27,069 nucleotides of DNA from NCBI GenBank assembly GCA_050633245.1, contig JBOEGD010000036.1, positions 50,050-77,118 of the forward strand, in the 5' to 3' direction. This stretch comes from Calditrichia bacterium (GTDB lineage: Bacteria; Calditrichota; Calditrichia; RBG-13-44-9; J075). Within the stretch, counting starts at the first letter, position 1, and every line of letters begins with the position of its first letter. Made by a program: the position numbers and the translations under genes. The notes under the pieces were generated by a model. It saw only the letters and a program-made list of their open reading frames with translations. It made no database searches and was not told the origin of the DNA. This document shows, one piece after another, positions 17,401 through 26,880 of this stretch.

Positions 17401-17507
17401 TACGGCTCCAGACGTTATTTTTTGTGCGACAATCTAACGGATTCGCTTTATATTGGAAAGCAGAAAGCAAGAAAATCGACGAAATTGCAGGTTGATACCT
17501 TTGCTCT

Positions 17508-17537
17508 CCGCAGCCTGTCGAAAGGGACAAACTGCGG
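17508..17537 (-). other. RNA stem-loop 3' of the aldo/keto reductase gene
   Basis: Minus-strand RNA CCGCAGUUUGUC-CCUUUC-GACAGGCUGCGG forms a 12-bp stem with two G-U pairs; no U-tract follows. Confidence 0.55.
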
Positions 17538-17552
17538 GAACAGGCAAGAAGA

Positions 17553-18548
17553 TTAACCACGTAGATCTTGGGGTGGTTGTGGCTTGTTATCCAGAATAGT
17601 TTCTATTTGACCTAAAACTTCAGGTGTAAGGCGATCGACCATATCTATGGTCTGCATGTTTTGTTCAACTTGAGCAACTTTAGAGGCGCCGGTGATAACA
17701 GTGCTGACGTCGGGATTGGTCAGGCACCATGCCAGAGCAAGTTGTGCAATACTCATGTTTAGTTCTTCAGCAACTTTTGCCAGATTTTGAACCTTGGCAA
17801 GATTCGCGCGACCTTCCGGACTCTCTATTCGCTTTTTTATCCACTCGTAGCCTTTCATATTTGCACGCGCGTCTTCCGGAATTCCATTGTTGTATTTACC
17901 GGTTAACAGACCACTGGCGAGCGGACTCCAAATTGTAGTTCCCAGGCCAATGTCATCATATAAATCCGCATACTCTTTTTCGAAACGCTCACGATGGAAC
18001 ATATTGTATTGTGGCTGTTCCATTTGTGGACGAATCAAATTTAAGCGCTCAGCAATGTGGCAGGCTTCGCGAATTTGCTCTGCGCTCCACTCGCTGGTTC
18101 CCCAATAGAAGGCCTTGCCCTGGGCAATAACATGGTTCATTGCGCGAACGGTTTCTTCAATCGGCGTGTGCAAGTCCGGGCGATGACAGTAGATGAGATC
18201 AACATAATCCAGCTGGAGTCTTTCCAAAGCAGCGTCGGTTCCCTCAATGATATGCTTTCGGGACAGGCCAAGATCATTCGGACCACTGCCACCCCAGTAG
18301 ATCTTGGTTGAAACAACCAGATCGGAGCGCTTCCAACCAGCGCGTTTGAAAACGTTGCCCATAATAGTCTCTGCTTTACCGGAGGCATAAGCTTCAGCAT
18401 TGTCGAAAAAATTAACTCCGGCTTCATAAGCTTTAGACATCAGATCATAAGCCATATCTTCGCCTATCTGATCTCCAAAGGTTACCCATGCACCAAAAGA
18501 AAGTGCAGAAACTTTAAGACCGGATGAGCCTAAATATCGGTATTCCAA
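17553..18548 (-). CDS. Aldo/keto reductase, Kv-beta (voltage-gated K+ channel beta subunit)-like family
   Basis: [80 protein letters not shown] start with GAGGAG RBS. Confidence 0.94.
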   Translation of the reverse strand: MEYRYLGSSGLKVSALSFGAWVTFGDQIGEDMAYDLMSKAYEAGVNFFDNAEAYASGKAETIMGNVFKRAGWKRSDLVVSTKIYWGGSGPNDLGLSRKHIIEGTDAALERLQLDYVDLIYCHRPDLHTPIEETVRAMNHVIAQGKAFYWGTSEWSAEQIREACHIAERLNLIRPQMEQPQYNMFHRERFEKEYADLYDDIGLGTTIWSPLASGLLTGKYNNGIPEDARANMKGYEWIKKRIESPEGRANLAKVQNLAKVAEELNMSIAQLALAWCLTNPDVSTVITGASKVAQVEQNMQTIDMVDRLTPEVLGQIETILDNKPQPPQDLRG

Positions 18549-18652
18549 TTGTATCTCCTCAGAAGATTTGGGTTCGTATACAAAGGATGCTATTGCGTGC
18601 GAATAAGATACAATTCATTTCTCTACAGAGCAATTTACGTTTAACTCTATTG

Positions 18653-18679
18653 GTGATAAAAATATGATGTTTTTATCAC
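18653..18679. promoter_or_regulatory. 10-bp inverted repeat in the divergent AKR / tal-pgi promoter region
   Basis: GTGATAAAAA-TATGATG-TTTTTATCAC, followed by a sigma70-like TTGCAT-N16-TATAGT (18695-18722) oriented toward tal-pgi. Confidence 0.4.
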
Positions 18680-18809
18680 AGTTCGGGTATACAATTGCAT
18701 CAACCCTGTCGTATATTATAGTCTATAGTCTGGTACAGTGTATAAACTTGAATCTTCGCAAACAATAATCTAACTATATATCTGAATAACGAAACAGTGG
18801 AGTAGAGCA

Positions 18810-21650
18810 ATGACAAAGATGCGAAAATTAGCAGAGAATGGACAATCTATTTGGTATGATTATATACGTCGAACATTTTTAGTTGACGGTGAGCTGGAAG
18901 CGTTATTAAAGCAAGGTTTACGTGGTATGACGTCGAATCCCTCAATCTTCGAAAAGGCGATTGCCGGAAGTTCAGATTATGACGAGCAGCTGCGCAAACT
19001 GGTTGCTGCAGGTAAGAGCAGAGATGAGATTTATCAAGCTCTGGCCACTAAAGATATTGCCATAGCTGCAGATCTTATGCAGCCGGTTTATGAGGAGACG
19101 AATGGCCTGGATGGTTATGTCAGCCTTGAGGTAAGCCCTACACTCGCTCATGACACTGAAGGCACCATTGCCGAGGCTAAGGCACTTTATGAAAGCCTGG
19201 GTAAGGCGAATGTTATGATTAAAGTTCCGGCAACGGCTGCCGGGATCCCAGCTATTAAGGCATTAATTGCCGCTGGTGTCAGCATTAACGTAACGCTTAT
19301 TTTCTCGGTGAAAAACTATCATGATGTTGCGGAAGCCTATATTGCCGGCCTCGAAGAATTGCATGCCAACGGACCAACGGTAAAAGGTGGGCAGACCGTT
19401 GCAACGATTTCCTCAGTTGCCTCATTCTTTGTCAGTCGTGTCGATAAGGCCGTAGATGCCGCTGTCGTTGAAAAAGGGCGTCTTGAATTGAAAGGCAAAA
19501 TCGCCATTGCTAATGCAAAGGTTGCCTATCGAGATTTTGCAGAGCTCTTTAGCGGTGATCGTTGGAATGCGCTTTCTGCCCATGGGGCTAAACCGCAGCG
19601 TTTGCTCTGGGCGAGTACCAGCACGAAAGACCCCTCTTATTCCGAAACACTTTATGTAGATGAATTGATAGGTGCACAAACTGTAAATACGATTCCACCG
19701 AAAACGTTGAATGCCTGGTTGGAAACCGGAAGTCTTGATGCGCGTTTAGGAGAGGGGATTGATGCAGCCGAACGTGCGCTGGCAGATCTTGATAAACTGG
19801 GTGTCGATATCGAAGCAATTACTACCAAGCTACAGGATGATGGCGTTGCTTCCTTTGCGCAAGCATTTGAGTCGCTAATGAATAGCATTGAGGGAAAACG
19901 TGAACGTCTGCTGGCAGAGGGTGAGACGATCTCCTATTCGATATCAGATGAGTATAAGACACATGTTGATGCCGCATTAAACTATATGCGTGAAACGAAT
20001 ATGATGCGTCGCATTTGGAAGCATGATCATACCGTTTGGAGCAATGAACCAACCGAGATAACCAATCGTCTTGGCTGGCTTCAGAGCCCTGAAGTGATGG
20101 AGAATGAGGTTAATGATATTAATGCTTTCGTTGAAGGAGTGAAGTCCGACGGATTTACCAATGTCCTTTTGTTGGGAATGGGAGGCTCGAGTCTGGCGCC
20201 TGAGCTCTTTCGCCTTACATTCGGCGTAAAGGAAGGTCATCCGGATCTTGCAGTTTTAGACTCTACCGATCCAGGTGTTGTGCTCGGACTTCATAAGGAG
20301 CTGGATCTTAAAAAAACGCTATTTGTTGTGGCGACAAAATCAGGGGGCACTGCTGAGACCCTGTCGTTCTTCAAATACTTTTACAATGAAACCGGCAAGC
20401 TGGTGGATGCAAAAGACCTCGGAAAGCATTTTGTTGCCATAACCGATCCCGGCAGTAAGCTGGAAAAGATGGCCGGTGAGCTTAATTTTCGCAAAACGTT
20501 TTTGAATGATCCGAATATTGGTGGTCGGTATTCCGCACTTTCATTCTTCGGCCTGGTGCCGGCTGCTTTAGTTGGGGTAGACATTGCAAAACTGTTGGAT
20601 CGTGCATCCATAATGGCATGCAATTGCGAGAGGGAGGATTGTTCGTCTAAAGGAGACAACACCGGGGCAATTCTCGGTGTTCTTATGGGCCAACTTGGAC
20701 TACTGGGAAGAGATAAGATTACATTAATTTCTTCTCCTCCGATTGCCGCGTTTGGTGCCTGGGTCGAGCAATTAATTGCAGAGAGCACCGGTAAAGAAGG
20801 GAAAGGGATTCTCCCTGTCGATGGTGAGCACGTTCTGGCTCCGGACGGCTATGCAGACGATCGCTTGTTTGCTTACTTACGTCTTGAAGGCGATGATACC
20901 TGGGATTCTCATGTCCAGGTATTGCGTGATGCCGGGCAGCCGGTGGTAGAGCTGCTGTTGGAAGATGTGTATGATGTTGGAGCAGAATTCTTTCGGTGGG
21001 AGGTTGCAACAGCAATCGCCAGTGCACAGCTTCAAATTAACCCTTTCGATCAGCCAAATGTAGAATCTGCCAAGATTTTGGCACGGGATATGGTTGCGGC
21101 TTATCTTAGGGACGGCAAATTGCCGGAAGCTGAAGCTAGCCTTACCGAAAAGAATATCCGAGTGTTCTCTGAAAAGAAGGGAAATAACCTGGGAGAGGTG
21201 ATGGCAGCCTTTTTGGAAGATGCCGAGTTGGCCAATTCACCGCGTGCCTATATTGCGCTACAGGCCTATGTGCCATCGACAGAGGAAACAGATGAAGCGG
21301 TGCAGGGACTTCGTTCCTATTTGCAGCAGCGCTTAAAGGTGGCGACAACAGTTGGGTATGGACCCCGATTTTTACATTCTACCGGACAACTTCACAAGGG
21401 CGATGCCGGGAACGGGTTGTTTATTCAGATAACGGCTGATATGCCTGACGATGTTGCAATCCCCGACGAAGCTGGAAGTGCCGCATCCGGGATGTCTTTT
21501 GGCGTGTTGAAAATGGCTCAGGCTCAGGGAGACCTGCAGGCTTTGGTCGATGGCAAACGTCCTACTATTCGCATTCATTTGGGTAGCAATATTGCGGAAG
21601 ATTTGCGCTACGTAAAGGAGGCTCTGCGTAACCAGCTTCAAGGTGCCTAG
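18810..21650 (+). CDS. tal-pgi: Bifunctional transaldolase / phosphoglucose isomerase
   Basis: Transaldolase part: SIWYD, GMTSNPSIF, VSLEVSP, VMIKVPAT, SFFVSRVD, LWASTSTK. PGI part: LGMGGSSL, TKSGGTAET, GGRYS, AESTGKEGKG, NPFDQPNVESAK, HSTGQLHKG. Confidence 0.95.
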   Translation: MTKMRKLAENGQSIWYDYIRRTFLVDGELEALLKQGLRGMTSNPSIFEKAIAGSSDYDEQLRKLVAAGKSRDEIYQALATKDIAIAADLMQPVYEETNGLDGYVSLEVSPTLAHDTEGTIAEAKALYESLGKANVMIKVPATAAGIPAIKALIAAGVSINVTLIFSVKNYHDVAEAYIAGLEELHANGPTVKGGQTVATISSVASFFVSRVDKAVDAAVVEKGRLELKGKIAIANAKVAYRDFAELFSGDRWNALSAHGAKPQRLLWASTSTKDPSYSETLYVDELIGAQTVNTIPPKTLNAWLETGSLDARLGEGIDAAERALADLDKLGVDIEAITTKLQDDGVASFAQAFESLMNSIEGKRERLLAEGETISYSISDEYKTHVDAALNYMRETNMMRRIWKHDHTVWSNEPTEITNRLGWLQSPEVMENEVNDINAFVEGVKSDGFTNVLLLGMGGSSLAPELFRLTFGVKEGHPDLAVLDSTDPGVVLGLHKELDLKKTLFVVATKSGGTAETLSFFKYFYNETGKLVDAKDLGKHFVAITDPGSKLEKMAGELNFRKTFLNDPNIGGRYSALSFFGLVPAALVGVDIAKLLDRASIMACNCEREDCSSKGDNTGAILGVLMGQLGLLGRDKITLISSPPIAAFGAWVEQLIAESTGKEGKGILPVDGEHVLAPDGYADDRLFAYLRLEGDDTWDSHVQVLRDAGQPVVELLLEDVYDVGAEFFRWEVATAIASAQLQINPFDQPNVESAKILARDMVAAYLRDGKLPEAEASLTEKNIRVFSEKKGNNLGEVMAAFLEDAELANSPRAYIALQAYVPSTEETDEAVQGLRSYLQQRLKVATTVGYGPRFLHSTGQLHKGDAGNGLFIQITADMPDDVAIPDEAGSAASGMSFGVLKMAQAQGDLQALVDGKRPTIRIHLGSNIAEDLRYVKEALRNQLQGA

Positions 21651-21742
21651 TGCAAGCTGAAATCGTTTGTCATCTAAATAATTATCCTGTAAGTTAATGC
21701 GATATCCGCTTATGTTTTGAAGTTTGACGAAAGGAAAAATAA

Positions 21743-23275
21743 ATGGAAAGTACCCTCGAGAACTGCACCGTCGTCATTTTTGGCGCCTCAGGGGATTTAA
21801 CAAAGAGAAAACTTATACCCGCGCTTTTTAGCCTGTATAAGTTAAATCTAATGCCGGAAAAGTGGCGCATCCTTGGTTTGGCCCGAACGGACTGGAAAGA
21901 CGCTGATTTTCAGAAAGCGATGCGTGCCGGACTTGATGAATTTGCCGGCGACGGCGATAAAGAGTTAAAGGATACATTCATAAAATCTCTGGCTTATGAA
22001 GCTATGGACTTTATGGACGATAAGGCATACGCCAATGTGAAGAAGCGTCTTGATAAATTCGACTCGGAAGATGGAATAGGCAGCAATATTATGTTTTATC
22101 TCTCGGTTCCACCGAGCATCTTTCTGCCAATCGCTGAGCATCTCGCTCATCAAAAGCTCAATATTCAGGAAGAGGGCAAATTCTGGCGTCGCATTATTGT
22201 GGAAAAGCCATTTGGATACAATCTCGAAACGGCGATGGAGCTGAATGCCGGACTGCAAAGCTGTTTTCGAGAGCGACAGATATATCGTATTGATCATTAT
22301 CTCGGTAAAGAGACTGTGCAAAACGTAATGGCTTTACGCTTTTCAAACGGAATATTTGAACCTCTTTGGAATCGAAACTATATCGAATATGTTGAAATTA
22401 CTGCGGCAGAATCGATTGGAATTGGCAGTCGCGGCGGATATTTTGATCGGTCCGGAACGCTTAGAGATATGGTGCAAAATCACTTAATGCAGGTTTTGGG
22501 AATGATTGCGATGGAACCACCTTCTTCTTTCCGTGCAGATAATGTTCGCAATGAAACGGTCAAGGTTTTTCATTCGCTGCGACACTACAGTCCCGAAGAT
22601 GTGAGTAAATATGTGATTCGCGGGCAATATATGTCTTCGAAGTTAAATGGTGAACGCGTAAATGGCTATCGTGAAGAAGTTGGTGTAGCTGATGATTCGC
22701 GCACAGAAACCTATGTTGCCCTAAAAGCCTATGTCGACAACTGGCGCTGGAAGAACGTGCCTTTTCTGATCCGCAGCGGAAAGCGTTTACCGACTCGCGT
22801 TACGGAAGTGGTAATCCATTTTAAAGAAACACCGCATGATATATTTCAAGAGGGCGGGACGCCAGGCGTTAGCGGAAATCAGCTGATTATCCGTATTCAG
22901 CCTGATGAGGGCTTGCTGATGAAGTTCGGGATGAAGATGCCCGGCTCAGGCTTTGATATCAAAACTGTTGGGATGGACTTTCACTATGCCGACCTTAGCA
23001 AAAAGCGCATTCCGCAAGCGTATGAAAGATTGCTTCACGATTGCATCGTCGGTGACAGCACGCTCTATGCACGTTCGGATGCTGTTGAGGCAAGCTGGCG
23101 CTTTGTGAAGCCAATTCAGGATGCCTGGGCAGAACGTCCGCAGATTCCTGTTTATGGCTATGCCTCAGGTAAATGGGGGCCCGATGTGGCCAGAACCCTG
23201 CTGGAGCCACCTGCGTTCGATTGGCGCTATCCCTGCGCAAACCTGGTAGAAGAAAGCGGCTATACCGAATTATAA
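21743..23275 (+). CDS. zwf: Glucose-6-phosphate 1-dehydrogenase
   Basis: IFGASGDLTKRKL, VEKPFG, RIDHYLGKETVQN, RDMVQNHL, IRIQPDEG, AYERLL. Confidence 0.98.
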   Translation: MESTLENCTVVIFGASGDLTKRKLIPALFSLYKLNLMPEKWRILGLARTDWKDADFQKAMRAGLDEFAGDGDKELKDTFIKSLAYEAMDFMDDKAYANVKKRLDKFDSEDGIGSNIMFYLSVPPSIFLPIAEHLAHQKLNIQEEGKFWRRIIVEKPFGYNLETAMELNAGLQSCFRERQIYRIDHYLGKETVQNVMALRFSNGIFEPLWNRNYIEYVEITAAESIGIGSRGGYFDRSGTLRDMVQNHLMQVLGMIAMEPPSSFRADNVRNETVKVFHSLRHYSPEDVSKYVIRGQYMSSKLNGERVNGYREEVGVADDSRTETYVALKAYVDNWRWKNVPFLIRSGKRLPTRVTEVVIHFKETPHDIFQEGGTPGVSGNQLIIRIQPDEGLLMKFGMKMPGSGFDIKTVGMDFHYADLSKKRIPQAYERLLHDCIVGDSTLYARSDAVEASWRFVKPIQDAWAERPQIPVYGYASGKWGPDVARTLLEPPAFDWRYPCANLVEESGYTEL

Positions 23276-23431
23276 ATAGACTTTGATGTGAATAATATGT
23301 GTTACGGTTGCAGCATAGTCTTTTTTGAATGTGCTGCAACCTTTGCCATTTGCAATCGTAATACTTTTTTGGGTGAAATTCTAGTTCATTGATCGCGTGG
23401 GTAATACTAACTCTTATTCGCAGGAGGAAAA

Positions 23432-24520
23432 ATGCGAGGAAGAACACTATTACTCCTATTTCTATTCTTAATTAGCTGTCTGTCATTGCCGACCTTGGCT
23501 CAGAATCTTAGTCCTACCCGAGTCAGTCCACATGCTAACGTCTCTCAACGTATCGGGTTAAGTGACATTACCATTGACTATCATCGTCCAGCCGTTCGCG
23601 ACCGCGCCGTTTGGGGTGCGCTCGTACCTTATGGCATGTCTCCGGGCGTTGCATTCGGATCTGGCAATGCCTTTCCCTGGCGAGCCGGCGCAAATGAAAA
23701 CACTACGATAACTTTCTCTCATGATGTCAGCATTAACGGCCAAGCATTAAAAGCCGGAACCTATGGTTTGCATATGATCCCGCAAGAAGGCGAGTGGACG
23801 ATTATTTTCAGCAACGACAACGCCTCGTGGGGAAGCTTCTTTTACAATGCGGAAAACGACGCGGCTCGTGTTACCGCCACACCGGTTGTTGCTGGACATC
23901 AAGAGTGGCTAATGTATGGTTTTGAAGACATGACAGCATCTTCAACCGTTGCTTATCTGCATTGGGAAAAGCTAAAAGTTCCGTTTAAAATCGAATTCGA
24001 TGCTCATCAAATTCGCCTGGCGAGCATGCGAAAAGAGCTAACCAATCTCCCCGCATTTGGCTGGCAGGGTCCTCTTCAGGCAGCGAACTATTGTCTGCAG
24101 AACAATATCAACCATGAAGAAGCATTAGTTTGGGTTGAGCGTTCTATTGGAAATACACGTAATGTGAATAATATGTCTGTAAAGGCAGGTTTATTAGATC
24201 AGCTAAATCGTGCGTCGGAGTCGGACAAGGTTCGTCAAGAGGCTTATATCTTTGCGAAAAATACCGGCATTGAAGCGGATATGAATTTGGTTGGCTATAT
24301 GTATCTGCAGGCCAGCAAGACGGATCGCGCGATTGATATCTTTAAGCAGAATGTTAAAAAATTTCCGAACGCCTGGAATGTTTATGACAGTCTCGCTGAT
24401 GGCTATGATCGAAAGGGCGACAAGAAAAAGGCAATTAAGTATTATCGAACGGCCTTGGAAAAAGCTCCTGTTAATCAGAAGAACAGAATTCAGGGAATTC
24501 TGGACAGACTTGAAGGATAA
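23432..24520 (+). CDS. Exported DUF2911-domain protein with C-terminal TPR repeats
   Basis: Signal peptide; SPHANVSQRIGLSDITIDYHRPAVRDR..WGALVPYG..WRAGANENTTITFS; TPR region (NLVGYMYLQ...WNVYDSLADGY...AIKYYRTALE); AGGAGG RBS. Confidence 0.88.
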   Translation: MRGRTLLLLFLFLISCLSLPTLAQNLSPTRVSPHANVSQRIGLSDITIDYHRPAVRDRAVWGALVPYGMSPGVAFGSGNAFPWRAGANENTTITFSHDVSINGQALKAGTYGLHMIPQEGEWTIIFSNDNASWGSFFYNAENDAARVTATPVVAGHQEWLMYGFEDMTASSTVAYLHWEKLKVPFKIEFDAHQIRLASMRKELTNLPAFGWQGPLQAANYCLQNNINHEEALVWVERSIGNTRNVNNMSVKAGLLDQLNRASESDKVRQEAYIFAKNTGIEADMNLVGYMYLQASKTDRAIDIFKQNVKKFPNAWNVYDSLADGYDRKGDKKKAIKYYRTALEKAPVNQKNRIQGILDRLEG

Positions 24521-24557
24521 AAAAAAGCACCGGTTTCGAATCCGAAACCGGTGCTTT
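24519..24557. terminator. Intrinsic terminator between convergent genes (probably bidirectional)
   Basis: AAAGCACCGGTTTCG-AATC-CGAAACCGGTGCTTT, a perfect 15-bp stem. The A-run at 24519-24526 provides the U-tract for the minus strand. Confidence 0.88.
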
Positions 24558-24594
24558 CCTGATGCATGGCGCAAGAGAGTTTTTTGCGCTTCTG

Positions 24595-25506
24595 CTAAAT
24601 TATTTCGTCCCGCGTTTTCTTCTTGGTGAGCTTCCTTTTTACGTTGTCAATTTTGTCTCGTAGAATGATTTCAACATCTTTGCGGTTTCCGCCATCCTTG
24701 TCATCGTGAAAAAACATTTCGAAACCTTCGCCGTCACCATCAAGGTTGAAAATATTACCACCAATGCTGTGCTCATTTCCTTTAAGCACTGCCTTTGCAT
24801 TACCTGCCTTCCCTTTGCGAAGATAGGCAATCGCGACTTCGTCGCCTTCTTCATACTCTTCCAATAGTGCAATGATATCATCCGGCTCTTCAATTGTTTC
24901 GCCATCCACCTTGGTTATAATGTCGCCAGCCTTTATTCCGGCTTTAGCGGCAGGTGAATCCTCAATTACTTCTAACACCATCGCTGCACCCGCAGCAGCC
25001 CCGCTAAAATATTCGGATAGATTCTCATCCAATGCGTGGAGCTTAATCCCGAGAGTGGGGCGATCCGAGATAAACATAAAATTGGCTCCGCCACCGGGTG
25101 TCATCCAACTCATTTGATGCCGTCTACTCTTACGTTTTCCTATCGTTACATCTGTTTTGCGTTCTTTCCCGTCGCGAATGTATGCAACGGTTACTTTGGT
25201 TTCGGGTGCAGTTTGTTTCACCTGCTCAACAAATGCCGTTATAGTGGTGGCGTTCTTGCCGTCGAAGCGAATAATCACATCATCTTCCTTTAAGCCTGCT
25301 GTATGTGCCGGACTGTCGTCTCGTACGCTCGTTATAAGTAAGCCGTCACGATTCCCCAGTTTATAGTCGGCGCGCATCGAAGGCGTCGTTTCTTCAATAC
25401 CAACACCTAGCCAGCCCTTTTTCTTGGGTTTTGCCTGTAGCTGAGTAATTCCAGATAACAATGCAAATACCAGCAGGTAATGGGTGATTTTTGAGCTCAT
25501 TCTCAT
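24595..25506 (-). CDS. Exported tandem-PDZ protein lacking a protease domain
   Basis: Signal peptide; two HtrA-like PDZ domains (GWLGV...DSPAHTAGLKEDDVII; PTLGI...DSPAAKAGIKAGDIIT); no trypsin domain. Start ATG 25506 with AAGGAG RBS. Confidence 0.88.
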   Translation of the reverse strand: MRMSSKITHYLLVFALLSGITQLQAKPKKKGWLGVGIEETTPSMRADYKLGNRDGLLITSVRDDSPAHTAGLKEDDVIIRFDGKNATTITAFVEQVKQTAPETKVTVAYIRDGKERKTDVTIGKRKSRRHQMSWMTPGGGANFMFISDRPTLGIKLHALDENLSEYFSGAAAGAAMVLEVIEDSPAAKAGIKAGDIITKVDGETIEEPDDIIALLEEYEEGDEVAIAYLRKGKAGNAKAVLKGNEHSIGGNIFNLDGDGEGFEMFFHDDKDGGNRKDVEIILRDKIDNVKRKLTKKKTRDEII

Positions 25507-25507
25507 G

Positions 25508-26227
25508 TTAATTTCTCCTTTTCGGTAATCCATTTATCTCAAAAGAATTGTTCTTCGATTCAGGGACTGTAATAATACGCTGCAATAGCTTATCTGCTCG
25601 CCGAAGCTGCCGTTCCGTTGTTTCAAAGCGCTGCTCGTTAAAGGTCTGAAAGACATCGAGCCCTTCTCCGAGGAGCTGCAGATCTTGACTTCTTTGAGAC
25701 TCTATTGCGCGCGCAAACTTAGTAAGCTTTTGATTTCTGTCTTGTCGCTGCCGCTTTTCGCTGGCTTGAATCATATACCGCATACTGTCGAGCGTGGCTT
25801 GCTGAAGTGCAATCCGGTCAGCGTCTAAATAGCCTGAAGATGTTTGCGAAGGCACTAAATTAAATCCTGCCTGTAGATTACCATCCTGATAGGTAAGTGA
25901 AAAACTTGATGCAGCCAGCAAGATAAAGGCCGCGAGTGTAGCCCCCATTGCCATCGTCCAGCGTTTTGCTATCGGAGACAAGCTGCCCTTAAAGGTTGCA
26001 ACAGCATCGAAAAACGATTGCTGCTGTGTGGCTTCAAAACGCATGCGATAGGGGAGGGGGGCATCGGGCCACTCTGTCAGCGTCGATGAAGTAGATTTGA
26101 GTGCTGCAACTTCTTCCCGACAGGCTATGCATGTCTTTATATGTTGCTCAACAACTTTGATGCCTTCTGTATTCAGCTCATCGTAGATAAAATCTATCAG
26201 CTGTTCTTTTGAAAGATCACATTTCAT
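25508..26227 (-). CDS. Zinc-binding (ZAS, zf-HC2) anti-sigma factor with single TM and extracytoplasmic coiled coil
   Basis: MKC...LIDFIYDEL...EQHIKTCIACREE (HxxxCxxC); TM (MAMGATLAAFILLAA); Q/R/E-rich helical C-terminus. Start moved to ATG 26227, overlapping the end of the sigma gene. Confidence 0.87.
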   Translation of the reverse strand: MKCDLSKEQLIDFIYDELNTEGIKVVEQHIKTCIACREEVAALKSTSSTLTEWPDAPLPYRMRFEATQQQSFFDAVATFKGSLSPIAKRWTMAMGATLAAFILLAASSFSLTYQDGNLQAGFNLVPSQTSSGYLDADRIALQQATLDSMRYMIQASEKRQRQDRNQKLTKFARAIESQRSQDLQLLGEGLDVFQTFNEQRFETTERQLRRADKLLQRIITVPESKNNSFEINGLPKRRN

Positions 26228-26810
26228 GACTGATGCTCTCCCTCGGAATATTCCATTTTTCGAATACATTCTTTAAGTTAGCCAGCGCATAATAAAGTCT
26301 GGATTTTGCCGTGTTCTCTGAGATGTTAAGTGCCCTGGCAATTTCGGCAAAGGTCATGCCCTGGTAATTTTTCATAATGACAACCAATCGCTGTTCTTCG
26401 GATAAGGTCTGCAGTGCTTTATTGAGCATATCACGCAGGTCATTGCGACAGATCTCGCTTTCCAGCGGCGGAATGACTCCGGCAATACGTGTATCACCGG
26501 GATGGATTTCTGTTTCTTCCAGAGAGCCCGTGACGTGACGTTGTCTTCGACGATTCTTTTTAAATTCATCACGGCAGACATTTAATGTGAGCTGGTAGAT
26601 CCAGCTGGAAAATTTTTCGGGATCGCGTAGCTGCCCAAGACTGCGGTGTGCCTTGATGAATGCCAACTGACATAGATCATGCGCTTCATCACGGTCACCG
26701 GAGTAGCGGAGGATAAAATTATAGAGCCTCTGCTGCCATCGATAAACGAGCGTGTTGAAGCATCCGATGTCGCCGCTGCGGAACTTCTCAATTAGTTGTG
26801 CATCACTCAT
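26217..26810 (-). CDS. ECF RNA polymerase sigma factor (SigW/RpoE-like)
   Basis: Region 2: EAHDLCQLAFIKAH...FSSWIYQLTLNVCRD. Region 4: LSEEQRLVVIMKNYQGMTFAEIARALNISENTAKSRLYYA. Confidence 0.95.
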   Translation of the reverse strand: MSDAQLIEKFRSGDIGCFNTLVYRWQQRLYNFILRYSGDRDEAHDLCQLAFIKAHRSLGQLRDPEKFSSWIYQLTLNVCRDEFKKNRRRQRHVTGSLEETEIHPGDTRIAGVIPPLESEICRNDLRDMLNKALQTLSEEQRLVVIMKNYQGMTFAEIARALNISENTAKSRLYYALANLKNVFEKWNIPRESISHEM

Positions 26811-26847
26811 TCGCTTTTCCGTGTTCTATTCGTGCGATCTGTAACTG

Positions 26848-26874
26848 AGACGCCGACTACCTTGAAAAAGTTCT
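26848..26874 (-). promoter_or_regulatory. Candidate ECF-type autoregulatory promoter
   Basis: Minus strand reads aGAAC-tttttcaaggtagtcgg-CGTCT, i.e. AAC-N17-CGT, 37 nt upstream of the sigma start codon. Confidence 0.65.
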
Positions 26875-26880
26875 GTGAGA

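Noticed and set aside
17553-18548. Potassium-channel function for the Kv-beta-like gene
   Set aside because: No channel alpha subunit is nearby, and bacterial members of this family are generally soluble aldo/keto reductases.
22995-23447. 150-aa minus-strand ORF and the other short ORFs nested in long genes
   Set aside because: They are antisense or out-of-frame overlaps with well-supported genes (here zwf) and have no recognisable domains.
24595-25506. Calling the PDZ protein DegP/HtrA
   Set aside because: There is no trypsin domain or GNSGG catalytic motif.
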